Assembly (NCBI GenBank): GCA_046715765.1
Contig: JBKJYH010000126.1
Coordinates: 1-57,940, forward strand
From: Candidatus Limnocylindria bacterium
GTDB taxonomy: Bacteria; Chloroflexota; Limnocylindria; QHBO01
DNA length: 57,940 bases
Direction of reading: 5' to 3'
Below, in pieces: positions 46,644 to 55,572 of the stretch. A model generated the notes under the pieces. The model had not been told where the DNA came from, searched no databases, and was given only the letters and a program-made list of their open reading frames with translations. The translations under genes and the position numbers were made by a program. Positions within the stretch are counted from its first letter, which is position 1; each line of letters starts with the position of its first letter.

Positions 46644-48046
46644 GGCGCCTCCTCCTGATCCGGCGTGCCAGTCACCCGGCGCGGGCTCCCCAGCAGGGCG
46701 CCGGGGAGGGTCACCAGGCCGCGGGCGAGCAGGGCGGGGTCGAACATTCGCCTGAAGATGTCGCTGTATGGCGCGCTGCCCGAGAACATGTCCCACAGGA
46801 TCCCGCTCAGGCGTGGCCTCCTTCCGTGCGTCTGTTCGTGCCGGCTGATGGCAACGATCGCACGGCGCACGAAGGCGAGGCGCTGGGCGAGCCGGGTGAG
46901 GACGAAGGCGTAGGTCCCGATCTTGTTGTCCTTCCGAATGGACTCGCACACCGGCTGAAAGTGGTCCCGCAGCGCGCGTTCGGACGTGCCAACGAAGATC
47001 ACCGTGCGGGCGGCGGCCTTGGCGGTGCGGTAGGCAGCGCCGATCCCGTCCTTGTAGAGGCGCGTCACGCCGCTATCGCCGATGAACACGACGCGGTCCG
47101 CGTAGGGCTTCTCGACGCCACGGATGTTGATGTGCGGGAGGCACTGACAGGAGTGGGATGTCGGATCCCAGCCGGGCGGCATGATCGCCCGGACCTCCGG
47201 GGCCGAGGCGAAGGCGTCCCCGAGTGCGTTGTCGATCTCCTCGCCGAGCAGACACATGGTCACGTAGTCCCCCTTGGGGATCATCGCAGCAAACTCCAGC
47301 CGGGGGATGTTGAGCAGGAAGACGTGCATCGAGGTGCCGAGCGACCGGTTGATCGCCTCTTCACCCAGCAGGTACTCGCGGATGAGCGTCTTGGTCAGGC
47401 GCGGACGCTGGTAGCCGATGCCGAGCGCTTCGAAGGTCTTAAGGATCGAAGTGTTGACTCCGGTGGCCACCACCGCCAGGTCATAGGCCTGCGGCTGGCC
47501 GCCCCGCGCGCGGATGGTTGGCCTGCCGTCGGCTCGCGACACATCCTCGACCCGTGCGTGGACCACTTGCGCGCCGCGCTCGATCGCCCGGCCCAGGAGG
47601 TGGTTGTCGAAGGACTCCCAGCGCTGCTCGGAGACGTCCCGCGGTCCCCCACCGCGATGCACGGCGCCGATCCGCATCTCGTCGTTCGGCGTGGCGATGC
47701 GGACGCTGCCGACGTCCGTGTGGAGCACGTACGAGTCGATGCCGCGTTGTACGACGTCGCTGGTGAGAACGAGTCCGTCCATCGCCAGGTTCTGGACCAA
47801 CGTCTCGGACACGATCCCACCACACATGTTGCAGCCGGTCGCGCCAGGCTGGTCGAACGACCGGGGCTCGTAGATGTCCACCTCGAGCTGTAGCCCGATG
47901 CGCTCGGCCATGTCGAGGGCAAAGGAGGCGAAGAACGACCCGGCCGGGCCCCCGCCCAAGACGGCGATCCGCGAGCCATCCCGCAGCTGGTACTCGTCGT
48001 CCGCCTGCGTGCCTGTGTCGAGATCTGCTCGGGCGATCAACGCCAC
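46640..48046 (-). CDS. FAD-dependent oxidoreductase (geranylgeranyl-reductase-like fold)
   Basis: VLGGGPAG, GCNMCGGIVSE, FIGDSG..RLYKDGIG; GTG 48046 after GGAGG. Confidence 0.8.
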   Translation of the reverse strand: MALIARADLDTGTQADDEYQLRDGSRIAVLGGGPAGSFFASFALDMAERIGLQLEVDIYEPRSFDQPGATGCNMCGGIVSETLVQNLAMDGLVLTSDVVQRGIDSYVLHTDVGSVRIATPNDEMRIGAVHRGGGPRDVSEQRWESFDNHLLGRAIERGAQVVHARVEDVSRADGRPTIRARGGQPQAYDLAVVATGVNTSILKTFEALGIGYQRPRLTKTLIREYLLGEEAINRSLGTSMHVFLLNIPRLEFAAMIPKGDYVTMCLLGEEIDNALGDAFASAPEVRAIMPPGWDPTSHSCQCLPHINIRGVEKPYADRVVFIGDSGVTRLYKDGIGAAYRTAKAAARTVIFVGTSERALRDHFQPVCESIRKDNKIGTYAFVLTRLAQRLAFVRRAIVAISRHEQTHGRRPRLSGILWDMFSGSAPYSDIFRRMFDPALLARGLVTLPGALLGSPRRVTGTPDQEEAP

Positions 48047-48105
48047 TCCATCCCTCCGCGCGGAGCCTTTCGGCGGAGCGTACGCGTGCCCGCGGATCGA
48101 GGGAT

Positions 48106-48121
48106 AGTGACCTTTGTCACA
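48106..48121 (-). promoter_or_regulatory. CRP/FNR-type site TGTGA-N6-TCACT
   Basis: TGTGACAAAGGTCACT on the minus strand; TACGCT -10 at 48077-48082. Confidence 0.6.
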
Positions 48122-48152
48122 AAGTCGGCAGGTGTTTACCGCAACGCGAGCC

Positions 48153-49613
48153 TCATGGGCCGGCGGCCCGCTCGGCGAGAAGGCGGACCATCCGGCGGAA
48201 GATCGGCACGTGGACCGGGAGGAGGAGATACCAGTACACGTACCCGGCAATGCCGCGGGGGACGAAGCAGGCCGTCTGGGTCAGCCGGGACCCGCCTGGA
48301 GTCGGTTCGACCTCGTACTGGAGCCATGCACGACCGGGTAGCCGCATGTCGGCCCGGAGGCGGACGAGGCGCGGACGCTCGAGCGCCTCGACCCGCCAGA
48401 AGTCGACCGCGTCGCCCACCCGCAGGCGCTCCCGGTCCCGCCGTCCGAGCCGCATCCCGACGCCGCCGACGATCCAGTCGATGAGCCCGCGCAGGCGCCA
48501 CAGGAGGTTCGCTGCCGGCCATCCGGCGCTCCCGCCCAGTCGCTCAACCTCGGAGAAGACCCGGTCAGCGCTGACAGCAATCCCGATGGATCGCCGGTCG
48601 ACGAGCAGGCGGCGACCTGCGGCGTCCTCCTCCAGGGTCGTAGGGGCGTGGTGCTCCCAGTGGGGTTGCCACTGCGAGTGGCTGCCCCCCATCGCGTCGA
48701 ACCAGGCCGTCTCCACTTGGTTCTCCGTGGTTCTCACCCGCGCGAGCTCGATCGCCTCGGCGTACGAGAGGAGAGCAATCGGGAACGAGGCCGATGCCGA
48801 GGCCTGGCGAACCACGATTCCATTGCGAAGCTGTTCGATGATCGCGGCGGCGACGCTCCGTGGCAGGGGGGATACGAGGCTGACCAGCGTGTCGCTCATC
48901 CAAGGTGCGAAGACGGGGAGCGGGATGCGCAGGCGGTGACGGCCGGACAACTGAGCGTAGCCGAGGAGCATCTCGGTGAACGACAGGATCTGCGGTCCGC
49001 CGATCTCGACCACACCGGCCAGGTCGCGCTCGAGGGCGGCAGTCAGGTAGCCAAGTACGTCGCGAACGGCGATCGGCTGGGCCCGATAGGTCGCCCAGCG
49101 CCCGCTCCTGCTGAATGCCACGCGGGTGGCGACGTGGCGCACCATCTCGAAGGTGGCGCTTCCCGACCCGATGATGAGGGATGCGCGGAACTCGAGGACG
49201 GGCACTCCGCCACGGGCCATGGCCTCGCCGCGCTCGCCCCGTGCGCCGGGCCTGGACGCGGGGGAGTTTGGCGGACTCTCGGCCAACCTTCCGAGGATGA
49301 TGATGCGCCGCGCCCCGGCCGCCGCCGCAGCCGCGCCGATCGATTCGGCGGCGCGCACCTCGGATGCCCATGCCTGCGAGCCGTGACGCACGATCGTCTC
49401 GGGAAGGTGGTACACGACCTCGAAGGCGCGCGTGATCTCGCCCGGCAAGGCCGGGTCGAGGGGGGCGCTGGCAAGTACCTCCGCGTCGGGAAAACGATGC
49501 GCGGCCGTGGCCGGCTGCCGGGAGGCGAGCGTCAGTTGGTGACCCGCTGCCAGAAGGCGTGGCAAGAGCCGACCGCCGACGTAGCCACCCGCGCCGATGA
49601 CGAGGATCTGCAT
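48153..49613 (-). CDS. YbjT-like atypical SDR with C-terminal DUF2867
   Basis: GAGGYVG, IIGSGSATFE, QPIAVRDVL, DFWRVE, RLPGRAWL. Confidence 0.85.
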   Translation of the reverse strand: MQILVIGAGGYVGGRLLPRLLAAGHQLTLASRQPATAAHRFPDAEVLASAPLDPALPGEITRAFEVVYHLPETIVRHGSQAWASEVRAAESIGAAAAAAGARRIIILGRLAESPPNSPASRPGARGERGEAMARGGVPVLEFRASLIIGSGSATFEMVRHVATRVAFSRSGRWATYRAQPIAVRDVLGYLTAALERDLAGVVEIGGPQILSFTEMLLGYAQLSGRHRLRIPLPVFAPWMSDTLVSLVSPLPRSVAAAIIEQLRNGIVVRQASASASFPIALLSYAEAIELARVRTTENQVETAWFDAMGGSHSQWQPHWEHHAPTTLEEDAAGRRLLVDRRSIGIAVSADRVFSEVERLGGSAGWPAANLLWRLRGLIDWIVGGVGMRLGRRDRERLRVGDAVDFWRVEALERPRLVRLRADMRLPGRAWLQYEVEPTPGGSRLTQTACFVPRGIAGYVYWYLLLPVHVPIFRRMVRLLAERAAGP

Positions 49614-49749
49614 CGCGTCGAGTATCCCCTCTCCACTGTCCCCGCGCGGCCGAAGCGGGGCGGGGTGAACCGGGGCGGGTAGATCCCTCCGCACCCGACC
49701 CGCGCCGGCCAGCGACGGGCGACGCTCTCGAGCGCTTAGCATCGCGCTC

Positions 49750-51396
49750 ATGAGCGACGTGGACCTGCTGATCACCGGCGCCAGGCTCGAGTCGATGCTG
49801 GACGGCAACGATCCACGCGACGACGCGCTGGCGATCAGCGCGGAACGGATCAGCGCCATCGGGCCATCCGCCGACCTCCGCCCACTCGCCGGGCCGGGGA
49901 CGCGGGTGATCGAGCTCGCCGGCGAGACGGTGCTGCCAGGCTTCCAGGACGCGCACATCCACGCTCTGGACGGGGGCGTCGCGACGCTCCAATGCAACAT
50001 CGCCGGACTGGGATCGGCCGATGAATACCTGGCCGCCATCGCGGCCTACGCCGGGTCGCACCCGGACGAGGAATGGATCGTGGGCGGCGGCTGGGCGATG
50101 CCCGACTTCCCGAGCGGCATCCCTCGCCGAGAGGCGCTCGACGCGATCCTCCCCCATCGCCCCGCCTTCATCACCAGCCGGGACGGACATACGGCCTGGG
50201 TCAACTCCACAGCACTGGCTCGGGCGGGCATCACGGCCGCAACCGAAGACCCGGTCAACGGCCGGATCGAGCGCGACCCCGACGGCTCCCCGGTTGGCGC
50301 GTTGCAGGAGGCGGCCATCGACCTGGTGGCCGCGCTCGTGCCGCCGGCCAGCCCGGACCTGCTGCGCGAGGGCCTGCTCAGTGCGCAGCGCCACCTGCAC
50401 TCGCTGGGCATCACCGCCTGGAACGAGGCCAACCTGCGCCGCGCCCCGCTCGACACCTACCTGGCCGCGATCGAGGCCGGCGAGCTGACCGCCAGGGTGG
50501 TGGGCTCCCTGCACTGGGACCCCGATCGCGGGGTGGACCAGATCCAGGAATTGGGGGAGCAGCGACGCACCGTCGCCCGCGCGCCGGGCAACCATCCGCT
50601 GCGCTTCCGCGCGGCGGGGGTCAAGTTCTTCCTGGACGGCGTGATGGAGAGCTTCACCGCGGCCCTGCTCGACCCGTATCTCGACCGGCGCGGAGCGGCC
50701 ACCACCAACCGGGGGATGGCCACTTACGAGCAGCCGTGGCTGGACGAGATCGTCACCGCGCTGGATCTGCACGGATTCCAGGTGCACCAGCACGCCATCG
50801 GGGACGGGGCGGTGCGGATGGCGCTCGACGCGGTGGCGTCCGCGCGGCGCACCAACGGACCGCGTGACGGGCGGCACCATATCGCCCACATCCAGCTGAT
50901 CCACCCCGATGACCTGGCGCGCTTCGCGCAGCTCGACGTGATCGCCAACATGCAGCCGTACTGGGCGGTGCTCGAGGAACAGATGACCGAGCTCACGATT
51001 CCATTTCTCGGCCCGATTCGGACCACCTGGCAGTACCCCTTCCGCTCGCTCCAACTCGCCGGTGCGCGATTGGCCGGCGGGAGCGACTGGACGGTCAGCA
51101 CCGCCGATCCACTGGTCGAGATGGAGGTCGCGATCCGTCGGTCACGGCCCCGCCATCGGGCCGATCCGGCGTTCCTGCCCAGCGAACGACTCGACCTCGA
51201 CAGCGCGCTGCGTGCCTTCACCATCGGCTCAGCCTGGGTCCATCGCCTGGAGACCGATACCGGGACGCTGGAGGTGGGCAAACTGGCCGACCTCGCGATC
51301 CTGGATCGCGACCTGCGTGCCGCGCCGGACGGGACCATCGGCAACGCCAGGCTGGTGACGACCCTGGTCGGCGGACGAGTCGTCTACGAGGCTTGA
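49750..51396 (+). CDS. YtcJ-like amidohydrolase
   Basis: PGFQDAHIH, KFFLDG, HAIGD, HIAHIQ, GSDW, GKLADL. Confidence 0.92.
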   Translation: MSDVDLLITGARLESMLDGNDPRDDALAISAERISAIGPSADLRPLAGPGTRVIELAGETVLPGFQDAHIHALDGGVATLQCNIAGLGSADEYLAAIAAYAGSHPDEEWIVGGGWAMPDFPSGIPRREALDAILPHRPAFITSRDGHTAWVNSTALARAGITAATEDPVNGRIERDPDGSPVGALQEAAIDLVAALVPPASPDLLREGLLSAQRHLHSLGITAWNEANLRRAPLDTYLAAIEAGELTARVVGSLHWDPDRGVDQIQELGEQRRTVARAPGNHPLRFRAAGVKFFLDGVMESFTAALLDPYLDRRGAATTNRGMATYEQPWLDEIVTALDLHGFQVHQHAIGDGAVRMALDAVASARRTNGPRDGRHHIAHIQLIHPDDLARFAQLDVIANMQPYWAVLEEQMTELTIPFLGPIRTTWQYPFRSLQLAGARLAGGSDWTVSTADPLVEMEVAIRRSRPRHRADPAFLPSERLDLDSALRAFTIGSAWVHRLETDTGTLEVGKLADLAILDRDLRAAPDGTIGNARLVTTLVGGRVVYEA

Positions 51397-51416
51397 GTGG
51401 CTGCTAGGCTGCCCGC

Positions 51417-51695
51417 ATGAAGGGCGATCGGGTCGAGGCTGTGGTGGATACCGGGCATGGCACCCAGACCTTCGTGATCGAGGCGACCCGGGCGGGGCGG
51501 CGGATCGAGGTGACCACCACCCGCGGCGTGGTCGAGGTGAGCGAGGTCACCCGCGGCGGCACCCCGGTGCGCACCGGGCGCTTCATGTCGAGCCGCCTGA
51601 TTGCGCTGGTCGAGCATCCCGCCCACGAGGGGCACGAGTCGAAGGTCGAAGTCCAGACCCGGCGCCGGATCAGCCCTACCCGGACGGACGGCTAG
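51417..51695 (+). CDS. Small hypothetical protein
   Basis: Coding-like GC3 bias; TAGGCT 6 nt before ATG. Confidence 0.75.
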   Translation: MKGDRVEAVVDTGHGTQTFVIEATRAGRRIEVTTTRGVVEVSEVTRGGTPVRTGRFMSSRLIALVEHPAHEGHESKVEVQTRRRISPTRTDG

Positions 51696-52357
51696 CCGCG
51701 CTTGCGGGCCAGGGTCAACCCGTCGGCGATTGGAACCATCGCGAGGTCAACTCGGTCATCGGCGGCCAGCATCTGGTTGAGGGCGCGCACCGCCTCGGTA
51801 TCGGGATCGGTCGCGCCGGGGTCGATCACGGCTCCGCTCCATAGCACATTGTCCACGGCCAGCAGGCCACCGGGGCGCAGCAGGCGGATCAGGCGCTCGG
51901 CGTAGGCGGAGTAGTTGGCCTTGTCGGCATCCAGGAAGGCGAAGTCGAAGGAATCGGCTCCACCGTCCGCCAGCAGCGCGTCGAGGGTCGCCGAGGCGGG
52001 CCCGATGCGCAGGTCAATCTTGTGGCCCACCCCCGCCTCGGCCCAGTAGCGTGCAGCGATATCGGTCCATTCTCGGCTGACGTCGCAGCACACCATCCGC
52101 CCATCCGGCGGCAGGGCCAGCGCCACCGCCAGCGACGAGTAGCCGGTGAATGTGCCCAGCTCGATGCAGCGCCTTGCTCCACTGACCTGGACCAGCATCG
52201 CCATCAGGGCGCCCTGTTCGGGGGCGATCTGCATGTTGTGCTGCGGCAGGGAGGCCGTTTCGTCGCGGAGGCGGCGCAGGATGGGTGCCTCGCGGACTCC
52301 AACCCGGAGCAGGTAGTCCCGCAGGTCGTCGGGCAGTCCGAGGGTCTGGTTGGACAT
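51692..52357 (-). CDS. Class I SAM O-methyltransferase (CCoAOMT-like)
   Basis: ELGTFTGYS, FLDADK, DNVLWSG, ADGLTL. Confidence 0.93.
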   Translation of the reverse strand: MSNQTLGLPDDLRDYLLRVGVREAPILRRLRDETASLPQHNMQIAPEQGALMAMLVQVSGARRCIELGTFTGYSSLAVALALPPDGRMVCCDVSREWTDIAARYWAEAGVGHKIDLRIGPASATLDALLADGGADSFDFAFLDADKANYSAYAERLIRLLRPGGLLAVDNVLWSGAVIDPGATDPDTEAVRALNQMLAADDRVDLAMVPIADGLTLARKRG

Positions 52358-52391
52358 CGCCCGATGGTAGTCCTCTGCGGCGCAGAGCGAG

Positions 52392-54407
52392 CTACGGGCC
52401 GTCCACCACCCGCACTGCGGATACCACGAATTGCTGGCGGCAGATGAGAACGACCTGCCAGGCCCCGGAGTACCAGGGTGATGCGACCGTGGCGGGCGAG
52501 GCCCGGCAGGTGCCGGCTGCCGGGTCATCGAAGTGCCCTGTCAGCTCCACCCAGGCATACGCCAAGTCCTGGGAACTGACCAGCGCAGGCGCGAGGACCA
52601 CGCTCATGTCGCCACCGGCGGACTGGATTGGGCTCAGGACAAGCAGGTTCCGCGACGGTTGGGTCAGCCACGCCGGCTCCGCTCCGGGGTCACCCCCCAC
52701 CTCCGAGCACCATTCACACCCGGTGGACCAGGCACGCAGCGTGATCGGCTGATCCGCATAGCAGAATGGTCCGAGCGTCGTCGCGAGGCCCATGAACTCC
52801 AGCAGGTCCGTCGGACGTGGCGGGCAGTCGGCCCCGACGGGGTCCGGCGTCACCGGAATGACCGGGCGCGCCTCAGCCGCCCACCCACCGGCGCGGGTGC
52901 GATGCCAGAAGATCGGGTTCTCGGCGCGCAGGTTCGGACGCGCTCCGACCAGCGCGACTCCCGAGGGCCCGGCCACGCCAAAGTGCGGGAGCCCCTCGAA
53001 CCCGGACGGTAACCCGGTACGCGAAAAACCGGCATCGGTGCCGACCCAGACCAGCGGTCGCTCGGTTGCGGAATCCCACCCGAACGCATACGCGACCTGC
53101 CCGTCGGAGGCAAGGCTGCTGACCATGGCCCCGGCAAATGGCGCATCGCCATCGGAGTCTCGCTGCCAGGTCAGGCCGTCGCTGATCGAGCCATCCCAGG
53201 TCCGAATTTCGAGGTCCTCCGAGAGGTCCAGGCCGATGACCCGCGAACCAACGCTGGCCAGCAGGACCATCGAGCCCCCCGGACCCTCGGAGATCGGCAC
53301 CCAGGTCTGACCATCTGCGGAAAAGGCAGCCCGCAGGTCGCCTTGCGGAACGGGCAGCCGAGCATCCCAGGCGTAGAAGCCGCCCGGCACGGCCACCACG
53401 TTGACCCGGGAAGACGCTGCAAAGCCAGGGTCCTCGGCCTCCTGCCAGAAGAGCCCATCCTCCGAGAACCAGTGGGTGGGTACCGGTCGCGTTCCATCTC
53501 CGTAGGCTGTCAGGAGGTAGCCCGCGTCCGACCCCAGCAGTGAATTCGAGGTTGCGGTCATGCGACCCAGCGTCGTCCAGTTACGCCCGTCGCCCGATTG
53601 GTAGAGCCAGGTTTGGGGGCTGTTCGACCAGTAGGTCGTGACCGCTGCCAACCAGCCAAGCGGGCCCCACGCCGGGGCAGGGACCCAGGTATCCCTGGGA
53701 AACCCGGTGGCCGAGCGGGTCCAGGCCTGTCCATCGCTCGAGGTGAGCGCCACCACGCTCGATCTGCCCAGCGTCGAGGACTCCGATTGCGCGAAGGCGA
53801 GGAAGCCGGTGGCGCCAGACCCCACGCTCATCAAGTATTCCGTGGATGGATTGGCCGGCGGCGGATACCGCTCGACCAGCGACGCGCCGGCGCTCAGGGT
53901 GGCAACCCACCCGCCGGCAAATGGCTCCTCCAGCATCAACCAGCCGTCGGTGCCGAACGAGAACTCCCCTGACTCGGTGGCGCGCGCCGCCGCGCCGGCC
54001 TCGAGCACACCCCAGGTGTACGCATCGAGGCCTGGGGTCCGCCGCACGATCAGGTCAACCTCGGCCCGGATCCAGCCGCTGAACAGTGCTGCCCGTGGCT
54101 CAGGCGTGGGCTCCGGGGTGGCCTGATCCAGCGTCAACTCGCGCAGGGGGTCCGGACGGCGGGTGGGCCGCGGCGTGCGACTCGCCTCGTGAGTTGGCGA
54201 CGCGCTTGCCACCGGCGTGCCGGAGGCGGAGCTGACCGCCGACGGGGGCAGGAGATTCGAGATCGCGATCATGACCCCCAGCACCAGGGCGATCCCGGCC
54301 AACCCGATCATGGCCCGATCTCCCGGTGAGATCGGAGTGCGGGTGCCGGCTGACATCGGGAACGAGCCGCGGTTACGCGGGTCGAGGACAGGCGGCGGAT
54401 TGTCCAT
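52392..54407 (-). CDS. Membrane-anchored extracellular protein with Asp-box/propeller-like repeats
   Basis: N-terminal TM; repeated S-x-D-G-x-x-W; TACTAT 6 nt before ATG 54407. Confidence 0.72.
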   Translation of the reverse strand: MDNPPPVLDPRNRGSFPMSAGTRTPISPGDRAMIGLAGIALVLGVMIAISNLLPPSAVSSASGTPVASASPTHEASRTPRPTRRPDPLRELTLDQATPEPTPEPRAALFSGWIRAEVDLIVRRTPGLDAYTWGVLEAGAAARATESGEFSFGTDGWLMLEEPFAGGWVATLSAGASLVERYPPPANPSTEYLMSVGSGATGFLAFAQSESSTLGRSSVVALTSSDGQAWTRSATGFPRDTWVPAPAWGPLGWLAAVTTYWSNSPQTWLYQSGDGRNWTTLGRMTATSNSLLGSDAGYLLTAYGDGTRPVPTHWFSEDGLFWQEAEDPGFAASSRVNVVAVPGGFYAWDARLPVPQGDLRAAFSADGQTWVPISEGPGGSMVLLASVGSRVIGLDLSEDLEIRTWDGSISDGLTWQRDSDGDAPFAGAMVSSLASDGQVAYAFGWDSATERPLVWVGTDAGFSRTGLPSGFEGLPHFGVAGPSGVALVGARPNLRAENPIFWHRTRAGGWAAEARPVIPVTPDPVGADCPPRPTDLLEFMGLATTLGPFCYADQPITLRAWSTGCEWCSEVGGDPGAEPAWLTQPSRNLLVLSPIQSAGGDMSVVLAPALVSSQDLAYAWVELTGHFDDPAAGTCRASPATVASPWYSGAWQVVLICRQQFVVSAVRVVDGP

Positions 54408-54474
54408 GCTCCGATAGTATCCGCGCCGCATCGGAGATCGAGGATCGGACCCCGCCTAGCTCTCCCGGAGAGGA

Positions 54475-55218
54475 TCAGCCAGCAGCGTGCTCGTCCCCGG
54501 ACGCCGGCGCCGCCGCGTCAGAGATCAGCTGCGAGTCGGTCTTCGGTTCCGGGTCCGGATCGCGGGGCCACGCGACATCTGGCGGCGGCGGCATCCGCTT
54601 GGCGGCGGTGGCGAACGCCACCGGATCGCGGAGCATGGCCAGATCAGCAAAGAAAGCCCGCAAGTCGGCCTCGTAGGCGGCGATGCCGGCCTCCACGACC
54701 CCGGCCGCTCGTTCGCCGGCCGCCAGATTCTGCGCGAGGTCGGCTTCGAGAAGCCGCTGTCGCGCGGCTACCTTGTCGCCCGCTTCGGCGCGGATCCCCG
54801 CGATCTCCGCCCGCTCCCACGCTCCAACCAGCTTGACGTCGCTCGCGCAGCTGGCCTTCAACTCTGCGGCCTGCACCTCGGTCGCGGCGCGGATATCGGC
54901 GGCACGCGCCGCCATCGCCTTGCGAAGCCCGGCCACTGTGTCGTCCCCCGTTGTTTCCGCGATTCGGCGCATGGCGTCGACCAGGCTCGCCAGGAAGGGG
55001 TCGGCATTCGCGGCCGGCTCATCGGTGGGCGCCTCGGGCGGGCTCGGCGGTGCCGCGAGCGCGTCATCGGGCGGACCGGGGGCTGCGGGCTCAGGCAACG
55101 GGCCCCAGACCCCAAGCGCGCGAAGTACCTCTGGCGAGGCCTCGGGAGGTTCCGTGGTCCTCGCATCATCGCCAAGCCAGGGCAGGCGAAGCCCCTTGCG
55201 GTGTTCGCTGGTAGTCAT
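54475..55218 (-). CDS. Hypothetical Ala-rich coiled-coil protein
   Basis: Pro-rich N-terminus followed by a long helical segment. Confidence 0.65.
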   Translation of the reverse strand: MTTSEHRKGLRLPWLGDDARTTEPPEASPEVLRALGVWGPLPEPAAPGPPDDALAAPPSPPEAPTDEPAANADPFLASLVDAMRRIAETTGDDTVAGLRKAMAARAADIRAATEVQAAELKASCASDVKLVGAWERAEIAGIRAEAGDKVAARQRLLEADLAQNLAAGERAAGVVEAGIAAYEADLRAFFADLAMLRDPVAFATAAKRMPPPPDVAWPRDPDPEPKTDSQLISDAAAPASGDEHAAG

Positions 55219-55398
55219 CTCAGGGCAGCTCTCGTTGAATCACATGTGCTTCGTGTCAGCCGTGCGCCATCCTAGGCCGACGCAGGGGGATCCGAGCAGC
55301 ACCCAGAGGTACCGGTACCCCCGTCGATGCATGGCGGCCGTTGGCCGGCTCCCGCGCTGCATTCTTGTCCCGCTCCGCTCCCCTGGACTCGCCCCGGC

Positions 55399-55530
55399 GT
55401 GACCGAGACGATCCCCTTGCTGCGCCTCGCCACCCTCGCCTCGCCCACCCTCGAGGTGCACGTCCTCGAGGAGCTGATGAAGACGCGTCGCCGGCGCCCT
55501 GATGCAGACACCGATCAGCTGATCGCCTGA
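55399..55530 (+). CDS. Possible 43-aa protein
   Basis: GTG...TETIPLLRLATLASPTLEVHVLEELMKTRRRRPD; high GC3. Confidence 0.35.
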   Translation: MTETIPLLRLATLASPTLEVHVLEELMKTRRRRPDADTDQLIA

Positions 55531-55572
55531 TCGGATGACACGACCAGGCGGGCGGGGTACCCTGCGCGCCGA

